Below, piece after piece: positions 1 to 9,877 of a stretch of 60,723 nucleotides of DNA; positions within the stretch are counted from its first letter, which is position 1; each line of letters starts with the position of its first letter. The stretch covers positions 1 to 60,723 of the IMG/VR virus record IMGVR_UViG_3300027963_000084. One strand, written 5' to 3'. The notes under the pieces are model-generated. The model saw only the letters and a program-made list of their open reading frames with translations, was not told the origin of the DNA and made no database searches. Source of the stretch: a virus (taxonomy: Duplodnaviria > Caudoviricetes). The position numbers and the translations under genes were made by a program.

Positions 1-644
1 CTGCTCTTTCAGCCAATCCAAGATGGTTTCCATGTTTTCGGCGCACCAACCGGGGGTTTCGGCCTCCCGGCGGTCCATCTCCGCCGCGCGGGCATTGCAG
101 GAGCAATTGGGGGTGGCGACGATGCCGATGTACTTCAGCAGTGTTTTTAGCTCAGTCCCCGGGCCACCAGTGACGGGCACTGGCTCCGAAACGGACTGCG
201 GGGCGACATCGGGGCAGGGGTCCACCGTGGTGGAAAGGGTGACTTCAAATATCCCGCTGTTGTCATTAACGCATGTGTCGTTAGCGCGGAATGAAACAGC
301 CCCAGCCCCGGGGATTCCAGAGTACGAAGTGCCAATTGAAAATACCGCGCCACCGACCTGCATCATTAAACGCATGTGACAGCCAGGGTACGGCGAACAG
401 CCAGGGCAGCAGTCGCATGCGCCGGATGTAACACCGCTTGGAGTGGCGGTGCTGCCGGGACCGTTCCACTGCACAGTGCCGGTTGCGGAGACACTGATGG
501 CTTGGCCCGCAGTAAGCGTCACACCAGCCGCTTGCCAGCCGTTCACGGCGACATTAACTTGGATATTGTAAATGGCAGAGGTTGGTTTACATCCTGCGTC
601 ACCGCAGCACTTCTTCCCATCCCCGCAGCCGTCAACGCATGTGC
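1..644. repeat. Terminal redundancy, left copy (matches 60080-60723)
   Basis: Ungapped alignment at offset 60079. Substitutions at 117, 211, 262, 268, 274, 275, 314, 355, 403, 464 and 517; last 127 bp identical. Confidence 0.97.
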
Positions 645-1110
645 CGTTCTTGCATGTCTGACATGGCCCACATGGAGGATTGCAGTCTGCGGGAGGCACA
701 TTGGCCTTGCACTTTCGGTCGCACTCTGCTGCAGACCACCACCGATCCTGACCAGGAGGGCAAAATCCTATTTGCTCGCTGCAAGTTCCGTTGTCTTTGT
801 TGCAGCAGTAGACGGGTACTGGGCCGGGGTCTGGAGGGTCCGGCGGAGGAGGGGGGGGTGGCTCTGGCCCATTGCCGCTGTCTGGGCACGTTGAGCCCGC
901 ACCGGAAAACTCACCCCCTTGGAACTCGCAGTCGCATGGATCGGTTTGAAGGCACGTAAACTCGCCATCGACTACAACCCAGCAGGCTCCTGGGGAACAC
1001 AGGTTATCAGAATGCCATGTTCCGTTTTGGCATGTCTGGCATATGCACTGGCCTACATCTGTATCGCACTTTCTATCGACACAACATCTACCAAGTTTTC
1101 CGCAAGTCAT
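1..1110 (-). CDS. Cys-rich protein with LecA/PA-IL-like lectin domain, 5' part; wraps the junction to end at 59972 (~405 aa total)
   Basis: Not in the ORF track. ATG at 1110, just after the upstream stop, open to base 1 (MTCGKLGRCCVDRKCD...). In frame with track ORF 59972..60625. GWQAAGVTLTAGQAISVSATG...ANDTCVNDNSGIFEVTL resembles LecA. Confidence 0.85.
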   Translation of the reverse strand, partial: MTCGKLGRCCVDRKCDTDVGQCICQTCQNGTWHSDNLCSPGACWVVVDGEFTCLQTDPCDCEFQGGEFSGAGSTCPDSGNGPEPPPPPPPDPPDPGPVPVYCCNKDNGTCSEQIGFCPPGQDRWWSAAECDRKCKANVPPADCNPPCGPCQTCKNGTCVDGCGDGKKCCGDAGCKPTSAIYNIQVNVAVNGWQAAGVTLTAGQAISVSATGTVQWNGPGSTATPSGVTSGACDCCPGCSPYPGCHMRLMMQVGGAVFSIGTSYSGIPGAGAVSFRANDTCVNDNSGIFEVTLSTTVDPCPDVAPQSVSEPVPVTGGPGTELKTLLKYIGIVATPNCSCNARAAEMDRREAETPGWCAENMETILDWLKEQ

Positions 1111-1113
1111 ACG

Positions 1114-1914
1114 TTATGGCGCAAGGTAAGTGATGTAGTCCGGTGACGTGGACACTGTGAGAGTTAGCGGAACGTCAACTTCTTCATACGTTAACTTTAT
1201 CTCACAATCATCTCCAAGCTCTGCTTTGGTGACGGTTGACACAGGACAAAATCCGCTAATAGACACACTAGTGATAACTCGCGCGCGGGCTGGCCGACCG
1301 TTCCGACCACCACCCCCGCCACCACCACCTCCGAAAATAGGCATAATCGGCTGAAGGTTAGGGAAGCTAATCGTCGGCGCGCTGACGGCACCACCGCCGC
1401 CGCCAATCTCGCTTGGACCAGACTCGGGAGGCGATCCGCCGTTGATGGTCGTTACGTTGATGTTTTGCGTGGTTATGTTGTTTGTTGTCAGGTTCTGATA
1501 CGTGGCGTTGTTAGCAGTGGTGTTATCAAAGAAACTGTTTCCACCCACGTTGAACGTAGGCCCGCCGTAGTAGCTGTTGGCTGCAAACTCTTGGTTGGTG
1601 GGAAATGAAAACTGCGCGCCTCCGTAGTTGGTGGTGTACCAGTTGCCGTTTGTGTACCCGCCAATGTTGGGAGCTTCGTAGTAGTATTGGGATGAGTTTT
1701 GAGGAAAGACGTTTTGGTATAACTGCGGATTCCACATGCCCGGTGCCATAACGCCATTGCGATTTGTGGGCTGCGGAGGCGATAGGGTTACCGCTCCACG
1801 GTGAACGAGAGATTGCTGACAGTTTCCCAGAGACTGGACAAGAGCTTTGACTGCAACGTCTGGAAGATAGCCACCGACAGCGTTGAAGAGAGAGGGTGCG
1901 GATTGAGTAAACAT
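1114..1914 (-). CDS. Putative tail-associated structural protein (N/T/G-rich)
   Basis: Long ORF whose start overlaps the upstream stop (TGATG), within the tail operon; no family recognised. Confidence 0.7.
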   Translation of the reverse strand: MFTQSAPSLFNAVGGYLPDVAVKALVQSLGNCQQSLVHRGAVTLSPPQPTNRNGVMAPGMWNPQLYQNVFPQNSSQYYYEAPNIGGYTNGNWYTTNYGGAQFSFPTNQEFAANSYYGGPTFNVGGNSFFDNTTANNATYQNLTTNNITTQNINVTTINGGSPPESGPSEIGGGGGAVSAPTISFPNLQPIMPIFGGGGGGGGGRNGRPARARVITSVSISGFCPVSTVTKAELGDDCEIKLTYEEVDVPLTLTVSTSPDYITYLAP

Positions 1915-4529
1915 CAACCAACTCCTTCGATTGTGAGTCCGAACAAGCGGACGGCATCTCCAGATAGCGTTGCGGCCTGAGTACCACCGACGGCTATTGC
2001 GACATGTCTGTCGCCGCCCACGTTCTTGTCGTCTCTGTGCCCAGAGAAATAGGCACGCGCAAACCCGTTTGCCGATCCAAGTGCAGATCGGGCAGTCTTC
2101 ATATCCAGCACTGCGGCGGTTCCACCAGCAGTGGACGTGAAGCCACCACGGTCACCTGCTATCGCGGCGGGCCGGGGCGTGGATGAGTTGTTGTAGTGCA
2201 ATCGCACCTGGAGGGCAGACGAATTGACGGTCGGGCTGTACAGCACACCAACCGACCTGCTCCCGCCGTCAGGGGCAGGGTCTGTCAGGGTCATATTGCC
2301 GGTGCGGAACTCATAAGGGATGGGAGCGCCCTGCAGATCGGTGTAGCCACCGTAATACACAAACATCCCGCCGCCCGTTCCCCATAGGGTGTCTTGCCGA
2401 CCAGAAATGTTTCCAGATGTGGAGGATGTTATTGGAGTGGCATACCTCTCCTCCCACCAAGCCTTTGTGGCCACGCCGTAGCACAAGGCCCGTACCGGAA
2501 GGGTTTCACCAGACCGGCAGTAGAAGAACCGCACTATCTGCGTGGCGTGATCAGCGCGGACATGGAACGATGCAGATGCTTGGAAGTCGATTACACGCTC
2601 GCGCCAGTAGTTGTCCACGGGAATAGACACTGGGTCAGCTTGGTTGCCGTCAAAGGCATACAGCCCATAACTGTCAACGATATACGCGGTGCCGGAAAGG
2701 ACATCCCAGCACTGCGAATTCAGAAGTCCGCGATAGGCCACAAGGGTTATCGACGCATCGATGACCGGCTGAGCAACATACTGCAAGCGATAGAGGTGGC
2801 GAGACTGTGCAATTGCCAGCATTGACCCAAGCGGGATGAGGCTGACGATTGCGTCCGGGTCTGCGACGTTCTCCTGCAAAACCATCTCGTTGCTCTCTGG
2901 GACAGCTTCTGGTTCGTCCACTTCGCTGTACAGCATTGAGTTGGGCCGGTCGCCGGATGTGTCCACCGCGTACCACGCACGGTCTTGGAACATTGTCGCA
3001 ACGGCAAAGTTCCCTGACGGGGGCGTAAAGCGGCGGGCGTTGATCTGACCGTTGGGCAGCGTGACGGGCATCAGACCGTACTGAGATCGCCCCGTGTCTT
3101 TGAGGTCGTCGTCAGACAGCGTGTCCACATACGAACCAAAGAAATCTGGGGAGGATCGCTGAATTGTTGCAACGCGGAACAGGATCACAGACTGATCGGC
3201 AGTAGTACGCCAAAGCTCCATGGCGGTTACGCGGTCCTCCAGACCGCTATGGGAAAAGTTCCAAGTCATCGACCCCGCGCCAGTCGTAGCCGCCACTTCA
3301 ACAAGGTCCGATATTGAGGAAGGCATAGGCCCGCCACGGCTTTCGGACGTGGAATCCAAGTAGCGAACGCAGCACTGGTATGTGCCGCTAACCGGCTCTG
3401 AGAGCGTGGCTGTAGCTTTCGCCGTGGAGTCGTTGATGTATGCCGTTGGTATGCCGCCGTATTCGCCGCCCGCGTACACCGTCGCCCCTGTCAGTCTTCC
3501 ACCAGATATCACCGCAGTGGCGGCTGCGCCGGACCCAAAAGAATCTTGGGCTTCTGGGAGAAACGTGATGATGGGCACGGATCGATAGCCAGACCCACCG
3601 TTTGTGACGGTGAGGGCTTTAACGCGGTACAGCATGTCAACCGAAACCTCCGCCCCACTGCCGACTCCAACCAGCGTAGCAGTCACGCCGCTGGTTGTGG
3701 CACCCGTGCCAGCCGATAACAGCTTCACTTCCGTGACCTTGCCGCCAGAAACTGTGACGGTTGCCGCCGCTTTAATTAGTCCTTGGGCGCTGGAGAACAC
3801 CAACTGTGGGGCCGACGTGTAGTTAGTGCCCTGCGAGGTTATCGATATTGTGTCTACGCGGCCCAGTACGGCTACAGACAAAGTGGCACCACCAGCGATC
3901 CCACCGGACAAAGCGACGGTGGGCGTGTCTTGGTAGCCCGCACCACCATCCGTGACTTCGATCTGGGTTACACGTCCATTGAGGAGGGATGCCTTGGCAG
4001 CTGCCGCGCGTTCTGGAGTGCCGCCAGTGAATACAACTGATGGCACGTTGTTGTATCCGCCTCCGTAACTCACCAACTGGACGGCGCTCACGTACCGGCT
4101 TGTGGAGGATGAGCCCACCGTGATCGTCGGCCCAACGGCTGGCTTAGTTATTCCAAGTTTCTCCACGGAACCAGAGTCGCCGTTCCACCGCATGCCACGC
4201 CCCATGCCGTCAACACCGTACATGTCGTTGCCGCGCCCCTTAAAGAAGGACATGGGCCGCAGCGATCCGGTGTAGGCAAACGCACTGGCAGAAGCACCAG
4301 TGCCTCCACCGCCGGAAAATTGGATTGTTGGCGATCCGGTGTAGCCGGTTCCTCCAGCAGTGACAACGACAGACTCCACGGCAGTGCCCGCCATATGGGC
4401 CACGGCAGCTGCGCCAGTCCCGCCCCCGCCGACAACAGCGACGGTTGGCTGGGAGGTGTAGCTTGCGCCACCAGTAAGGACAGAAATGCTGACGACAGAC
4501 CCAGGCTGGCGGGTGGAGATGACGGTCAT
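1914..4529 (-). CDS. Tail nozzle/stabilisation-like protein with inserted GGxGYxxxP beta-repeats
   Basis: ATG at 4529 overlaps the upstream stop (ATGA). Repeated GG(A/T/S)GY..P.(V/I) units. The C-terminal half (FQDRAWY, LYSEVDEPEAVP, GLYAFDG..PVSIPV) resembles P22 gp10/T7 gp12-type propeller proteins. Confidence 0.65.
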   Translation of the reverse strand: MTVISTRQPGSVVSISVLTGGASYTSQPTVAVVGGGGTGAAAVAHMAGTAVESVVVTAGGTGYTGSPTIQFSGGGGTGASASAFAYTGSLRPMSFFKGRGNDMYGVDGMGRGMRWNGDSGSVEKLGITKPAVGPTITVGSSSTSRYVSAVQLVSYGGGYNNVPSVVFTGGTPERAAAAKASLLNGRVTQIEVTDGGAGYQDTPTVALSGGIAGGATLSVAVLGRVDTISITSQGTNYTSAPQLVFSSAQGLIKAAATVTVSGGKVTEVKLLSAGTGATTSGVTATLVGVGSGAEVSVDMLYRVKALTVTNGGSGYRSVPIITFLPEAQDSFGSGAAATAVISGGRLTGATVYAGGEYGGIPTAYINDSTAKATATLSEPVSGTYQCCVRYLDSTSESRGGPMPSSISDLVEVAATTGAGSMTWNFSHSGLEDRVTAMELWRTTADQSVILFRVATIQRSSPDFFGSYVDTLSDDDLKDTGRSQYGLMPVTLPNGQINARRFTPPSGNFAVATMFQDRAWYAVDTSGDRPNSMLYSEVDEPEAVPESNEMVLQENVADPDAIVSLIPLGSMLAIAQSRHLYRLQYVAQPVIDASITLVAYRGLLNSQCWDVLSGTAYIVDSYGLYAFDGNQADPVSIPVDNYWRERVIDFQASASFHVRADHATQIVRFFYCRSGETLPVRALCYGVATKAWWEERYATPITSSTSGNISGRQDTLWGTGGGMFVYYGGYTDLQGAPIPYEFRTGNMTLTDPAPDGGSRSVGVLYSPTVNSSALQVRLHYNNSSTPRPAAIAGDRGGFTSTAGGTAAVLDMKTARSALGSANGFARAYFSGHRDDKNVGGDRHVAIAVGGTQAATLSGDAVRLFGLTIEGVG

Positions 4530-7500
4530 ACTGTGGGATACCAGAAGGGGGAATTCGGGGTTTGGAATGGCACCCAATACCTACCCAGAGCGGTCACGCG
4601 GAGCAGCGGAATTCTGAATGACGCAAACGATTGTGCGGAGCTTGGGTATGACGTGGTGCCATCGCCAGCGCCAGACGAAAAGCCGGACTTAAATGAAGCC
4701 TGCGCACCGTTGATGAACACGGTGTAGCCACCGCTACCATTTGACGGGTATAGCTCCATTGCAATATGCGCCCACTGCCCGCGCAATGAACTTAGACTGA
4801 CGGTGCTTGTGATATACGGGTTGCTTGTCGCAAACACTGCAGTTGATGCTATGCGAGTAAAAACCAAATCCCCACTGACGAGTGCAACTTTCATTACCGA
4901 TGACACAAACGATGATCCAGCCGAGAAACTACCGGATTGCACTTGCATTACATCATCGTTGGTGCCCGTATCGGGGATAAACATCCACCACTCCACGCAC
5001 TGAGCGCTCACCTTGGAAACGTCACTAGGAGCGGATGCGCCGGTAGTCAGGTTGTATGCAAAATCAACATAACCATATTTCCAAGAACGACCAAAACGGT
5101 CGGAAGAAGCTGCGGTGTCACCCAAGGAAAGCGTCGATGATGTGAGCGAACTATCAGACGCGCGGGTCACAAGCCTCTGACTGTTAGCGTCCCACAAAAA
5201 GCACACGCGGCTCCAATATGGGTCGGAAGTGCTGCCAGTCGATATCCCGCTGGTTGTCACGTAGTCATTCAGAGCGGTTCCAGACGAATCCATCAACCGC
5301 GTTCTGACGCTGAACGGACTAGAAGGCGGAGGCGATATCCAGTAACGACTTCGCCCTGTGTAGTAGGGAGTCCATGTGACTGCGGACGGTGCGGTCGGAT
5401 AGGCGGCAAACGAACTGCCGCGCTTGGTAATCGCCGTCCAGGTTGCGCCCGAGTCCAAGCTGTACTGGCCGTCGATGTAGGACACCGTTGGACAGCCCTT
5501 GGTCGGCAGGTTCACGGTCAATGCAACATTGCCATCCAATGTCAGTGTTTCGGTGACTGTGTGCGGGCCGGTAGAACCGGAGGCAAATGGCGTGGACAAA
5601 GCGGACGAAACGGTGGATGAGCCAGTGCCAGCAAAATTTGTCAGCGACACGTTCCAGCGCCCCTGTGATTCCCCTCCGTAACATGCCGGTACCGTGATAG
5701 TGCGAGCCGAAAGATCCAGCAACGCATTTGGTATTTGATTGGCAGTAGCATTTCCGGTCCATACCCCAGATATGTAATAACCATACCACACCGAGGCACC
5801 GGATATTGCAGCGCCGCCATCATTTTGGGTAGTCCAAGACAGCGTGACCGTACCATCGGATGCGGTGGCTGTTAGGGCCGAGGTAATGGACGGTGCGGTT
5901 GCAATGCGTCCAGATGCAGGGCTAGTGCTATACGGACCAGTGCCTACAGTGGATATAGCAGCTACGCGGTAGTAGTATGTCGTTGTGGCATTAAGCCCAG
6001 TAATTGTGGCCGTGGTTGTTGTGCTTGTGGTTTCGGCATACACAGTCCATGGGCCAGACGAGCTTGTGCCGTACTGGATGAGGTAGTCTGTGATCCGCGA
6101 TCCGTAGGAGTTTGGAGCAGTCCAAGACAGCGTGAGAGTGGTGTCCGTAAGGCTGGTGGCATATCCAGCCGACAGGGTTGGAGTGCCCACGGCAGCGGGA
6201 ACCTGACCGACGACTACACTGGCCGACTCTGTGCTGTAGCTGCCTGTGCCGACAGAGTTCACCGCCGCCACGCGGAAGTAATAGGTGTAACCGTTTGTCA
6301 GGCCCGAAATGGTGTACTCCAGCACATTGCCCACCGTTCCATAGGTGGTGTAGGAGGAGGTGGTGGAACGGCGATACTGCAGGACATAGCCGGTGACTGC
6401 CGACCCGCCGTCATCTGAAGGAGCGGTCCAGTTGGTGAACATCTGCGTGTTGCCACCGCTTACCAGCGCGTTTATTGGCGCTCCTGGTGGGCCGACTGGC
6501 GTTACCGCGGCGCTCACTGTGCTGTAGTTTCCAGTGCCCACAGCGCTGACGGCGGCCACGCGGAAAATATAAGACGTGCCATTTGTCAGGCCCGTCACGT
6601 TTGTTTGAAGAACAGTCGAAGTTCCATCCGTAAAAGTAGTCCACGTCGAACCAGCGTTTGAAGAATACTGAACCACATAGTCTGTGATGACGCTGCCGCC
6701 ACTGTCGGATGGAGCAGTCCATCTCACGGTCACGTAAGCGTTGTTTGCTGTGCCGATAACGCTTGTCGGGGCTAGCGGGACGGTCTGCGGTGTCACTGAC
6801 GATGATGTGACATACGCGCTTGCGCCTTCAGAATTAACCGTAGCAACACGGAACGTGTAGGCGGTTCCGTTCGTCAACCCTGTGGCAGTGTAGGACGTTG
6901 TGGTGCTGGCGCTCTTGGTGATTGTGGAATACGCCCCACCGGCAACGGACACCTGGATCTGGTAGTCGGTGATTGCAGCCCCGCCAGTGCTTGCCGGTGC
7001 CGTCCAAGACAACGCCGCTTGCGTGTTCCCTACGGAGACGGTCAGGTTTGTTGGTGCCCCGGCGAGGGTGCGCGGAGTCACGTTGCCTGTCGAAACGGAA
7101 TACGGACCAGCCCCAACTGAATTGCTGGCCGATACGCGGAACTGATAGGCAGTCCCGTTTGTCAGCCCAGTTACCGTGTAGTTTGTATTGGTGTTCGTCC
7201 CATCCGACAGCGTTGTCCACGTAGCCCCAGAGTCTACGGATCTCTGGATGGTGTAGTCCGTTAGGCCAGACACGTTGTTGGCGGCGGGTGCCTGCCACTG
7301 CAACTGCACCTGAGTGTTGCCGTAGGTCGCCGTCAGGCTTGCCACTTGGTCGGGAACACCAATCGGGTACACGGGGGTCAAATAAGTTGTGTACGCACTG
7401 GTTCCTGCGGAGTTCTTTGCAGCCACGCGGAAGACATAAGCCTGACCGTTTGTCAGGCCAGATACGTTTGTGGATGTTGCTGTGGATGTGCCGTCCGCAA

Positions 7501-8227
7501 ACACCGTCCACGTCTGACCAGCGTTGCCGCTGTACTCCACCACATAATCAGTGATCGCTGTGCCGCCATTATTGGTCGGTACCGTCCAAGACAACGATGC
7601 GCCAGAGTTGGCCGCAGTAGCTGAAAGGGAACTGGGGGAGTCGGGCGCGCCAACTGGCGTTACGGACGAGGTGGCAGAGCTATAAGGACCGATGCCGTAG
7701 TTGTTCGTAGCCGCCGCCCGAAACACATACGCCACACCGTTGGTCAGTCCGGTGACCGTCGCAGATTGTGCGGTAGCCGACAACGCATAAGTCCACGTTG
7801 TGCCCCCGTCAGTGGATCGCTGGACCGTGTATCCGGTGATGTCACCGCCGCCCGTGAATGTCGGGGAATCCCAAGCAACCGTCGCTGAAGCGTTGCTGGC
7901 AGTAGCGGTGATGTTGAGCGGGGCAGATGGAACGCCAGTGAGCGACGGGCCACCGCTAGATTGCGTCGGCTTTCCTGAGAAAATGTTTCCGACCGCATCT
8001 TGGTACACAATGATGCTGCCGCCGGAATGCGGGAAAGAAAACGATGCGACCACCGGGAGGGTGGCGGAAACGGTGCTAGACAGGGTGTAGGCTTGGAGGC
8101 CGGGGCGGACGTTTAGCTGACCAGGAGACAGGCACTGCACATTGACCTGCGTCACAGCCGCCCCCGGTGGGAGGGCATACGGAGACGCATTGGTGACTAG
8201 ACCGGCGAACTTCTCAATGTTGATCAC
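4526..8227 (-). CDS. Fibronectin type III repeat tail protein with C-terminal LamG/ConA-like domain
   Basis: About 8 FN3 repeats (P.AP..L..W.AP..GG..ITDY...GLTNG..Y.FRVAA.N..G.G.YS). C-terminal DPYW...CVEWW...WAHIA...RVT..GRY..PF pattern. Confidence 0.9.
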   Translation of the reverse strand: MINIEKFAGLVTNASPYALPPGAAVTQVNVQCLSPGQLNVRPGLQAYTLSSTVSATLPVVASFSFPHSGGSIIVYQDAVGNIFSGKPTQSSGGPSLTGVPSAPLNITATASNASATVAWDSPTFTGGGDITGYTVQRSTDGGTTWTYALSATAQSATVTGLTNGVAYVFRAAATNNYGIGPYSSATSSVTPVGAPDSPSSLSATAANSGASLSWTVPTNNGGTAITDYVVEYSGNAGQTWTVFADGTSTATSTNVSGLTNGQAYVFRVAAKNSAGTSAYTTYLTPVYPIGVPDQVASLTATYGNTQVQLQWQAPAANNVSGLTDYTIQRSVDSGATWTTLSDGTNTNTNYTVTGLTNGTAYQFRVSASNSVGAGPYSVSTGNVTPRTLAGAPTNLTVSVGNTQAALSWTAPASTGGAAITDYQIQVSVAGGAYSTITKSASTTTSYTATGLTNGTAYTFRVATVNSEGASAYVTSSSVTPQTVPLAPTSVIGTANNAYVTVRWTAPSDSGGSVITDYVVQYSSNAGSTWTTFTDGTSTVLQTNVTGLTNGTSYIFRVAAVSAVGTGNYSTVSAAVTPVGPPGAPINALVSGGNTQMFTNWTAPSDDGGSAVTGYVLQYRRSTTSSYTTYGTVGNVLEYTISGLTNGYTYYFRVAAVNSVGTGSYSTESASVVVGQVPAAVGTPTLSAGYATSLTDTTLTLSWTAPNSYGSRITDYLIQYGTSSSGPWTVYAETTSTTTTATITGLNATTTYYYRVAAISTVGTGPYSTSPASGRIATAPSITSALTATASDGTVTLSWTTQNDGGAAISGASVWYGYYISGVWTGNATANQIPNALLDLSARTITVPACYGGESQGRWNVSLTNFAGTGSSTVSSALSTPFASGSTGPHTVTETLTLDGNVALTVNLPTKGCPTVSYIDGQYSLDSGATWTAITKRGSSFAAYPTAPSAVTWTPYYTGRSRYWISPPPSSPFSVRTRLMDSSGTALNDYVTTSGISTGSTSDPYWSRVCFLWDANSQRLVTRASDSSLTSSTLSLGDTAASSDRFGRSWKYGYVDFAYNLTTGASAPSDVSKVSAQCVEWWMFIPDTGTNDDVMQVQSGSFSAGSSFVSSVMKVALVSGDLVFTRIASTAVFATSNPYITSTVSLSSLRGQWAHIAMELYPSNGSGGYTVFINGAQASFKSGFSSGAGDGTTSYPSSAQSFASFRIPLLRVTALGRYWVPFQTPNSPFWYPTV

Positions 8228-9363
8228 GTAGGGTTGCCCCCATCAAAGTTGTCGCTTTGGAGCGGAGTCCTCCATGCCATGGCATCGAAGATGACTCGCT
8301 GCGGTTGCTGGAACGGAGTCAGCTGATCGGACTCCATCGCCAGCCTGAGATCCCGCTGGTACATGGCGAAGGCATTGTCGGGCTTGGCGTTTCGCACCCG
8401 AGCCAGCCAGTAGGTGGCACAAGACAGGAATCCGTTCACCATGCCGGGAGACATGTCGCAGATGTCCGTGACCAAATATAGGACGTTCGTCCCGGTCAGC
8501 GGAGTTGAGATGGTGCAGGACGTTGCGCTTGCAACCGCTGTGATCACCGCTTCGTCCGCATAGGGCTTCATCGACCCGTCGCTGCCGGGAGACTCTGTAG
8601 CGGTCCCGATCCGAAGAACCGAACCCACCATGCCCTGAGTGAAAGCCGTGCCCGTGCCCGTAACAGTGGTGCCAGAGATGCTGACCGTGCCCTGTCGGGA
8701 CGCTGCCTCATGCCCAGAGATCCGCAAACGCCTGGGGAGGCGACGATAGGTGAAGTCCAAGTTGCTGTTCTCAACCGGATACCCAACAACCTTAATGGCC
8801 CAGCCCGTGCCCTGCGGGTCTTTGATGACCGTCCACGCATGCGGAGGGCCAGCCAGGTTGTTTGCGTTCTCCAGCTTCATTGCTTGGTCAGCGGTCACGT
8901 AGATGAACCGAGTCCACGCTACGTGATCGATGGGAGAATCGACCGTGCGGAAGTCCGCTGGGAGAGGGAATGTGTCTTGGTAGATGATTGCAGGCGTTGG
9001 GTCTGTCAAATCAGTTGGGTGGGTCAGGACGGGATCGCAGAGCAAGCGTGTGTTGCTGACCCGCTGGGCGATCTTCAGCACCGTGTTGTTCACACGCATC
9101 CGACACAGCACCGCATTGGAAGGAAAGGCATCGCCAGACACCAGATCGATGTAGCGGGTGTCTTTGCTGTACGTGATAGTCCCGTGCCACACGGTGAGGA
9201 ACTTAATCCGGCCATGCATCTGGTAGTAGTTCCAGTCTCGCAGCGTTGAGAATTCGCTGTAGGCCCGCTGGGCTGACGTGCGGATGTCGGCCTGCTCCGC
9301 GTCTTGCGGCCCGCCGTAGCTGGCGGTGATCAGATGTTCGATTGCGTCGTAGTACGTGAGCAT
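8224..9363 (-). CDS. Putative head-tail adaptor (tail tubular A/gp4-like)
   Basis: Directly upstream of the nozzle-like genes; helical N- and C-termini and an FPLPADF motif typical of adaptors. Confidence 0.55.
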   Translation of the reverse strand: MLTYYDAIEHLITASYGGPQDAEQADIRTSAQRAYSEFSTLRDWNYYQMHGRIKFLTVWHGTITYSKDTRYIDLVSGDAFPSNAVLCRMRVNNTVLKIAQRVSNTRLLCDPVLTHPTDLTDPTPAIIYQDTFPLPADFRTVDSPIDHVAWTRFIYVTADQAMKLENANNLAGPPHAWTVIKDPQGTGWAIKVVGYPVENSNLDFTYRRLPRRLRISGHEAASRQGTVSISGTTVTGTGTAFTQGMVGSVLRIGTATESPGSDGSMKPYADEAVITAVASATSCTISTPLTGTNVLYLVTDICDMSPGMVNGFLSCATYWLARVRNAKPDNAFAMYQRDLRLAMESDQLTPFQQPQRVIFDAMAWRTPLQSDNFDGGNPT

Positions 9364-9364
9364 G

Positions 9365-9823
9365 TCACCCAGCCTTTATGATGTAGAGAGTCGTTGATGC
9401 TGGGGCAGAGATGGCGTTGTATTGCGTCAAAGTGAGAGCGACGATGTTCGTAACGGTGGACGCGCCGGTGCTGCCAGTGACGTTGGTAGCCACAACTCCA
9501 GACACATCGCTGGCGACGTGGCTGTGGGAACTAGGGGCAAAGGTGCTTGGAATATCCGTTAGCGAGCTATAGGAAGGGATCGGATGAACATGGTCACTGC
9601 GGCTTGCCGCACCACTCACGCCCGCCGATGCGGTGCCAAGGCTTGCTGGGGTGGCATTTGAAAGCGTGGCTCCACCGGAACCCTGAGCCACCGACCCTAC
9701 TCCTCCAGCTGCAGTGCGGTAGTACAGAATCCCGGTGCTTTGATTAATTGCCAGTTCACCGTCCTCCAATGACGAAGGGACGGCAGAGGGAGTGTTGCTG
9801 CGCTTTATCCGCGTTGGTGGCAT
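9365..9823 (-). CDS. Tail fibre module
   Basis: N-terminal IKRS..P.SL.DGELAIN...LYY and C-terminal TNIVALT..QY.A....TLYII motifs, both shared with 10364..10711. Confidence 0.7.
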   Translation of the reverse strand: MPPTRIKRSNTPSAVPSSLEDGELAINQSTGILYYRTAAGGVGSVAQGSGGATLSNATPASLGTASAGVSGAASRSDHVHPIPSYSSLTDIPSTFAPSSHSHVASDVSGVVATNVTGSTGASTVTNIVALTLTQYNAISAPASTTLYIIKAG

Positions 9824-9877
9824 TCTCGCTCCTATAAAGCTGCAAGGGCTCGTACTACGCTGGTCATCCGGCTTTCC

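Noticed and set aside
1-644. Diversity-generating retroelement (TR/VR pair), suggested by near-identical repeats in a lectin gene plus an Mtd-N-like gene
   Set aside because: The substitutions are not adenine-specific on either strand, six are synonymous, the copies are simply the contig ends, and no reverse transcriptase is present.
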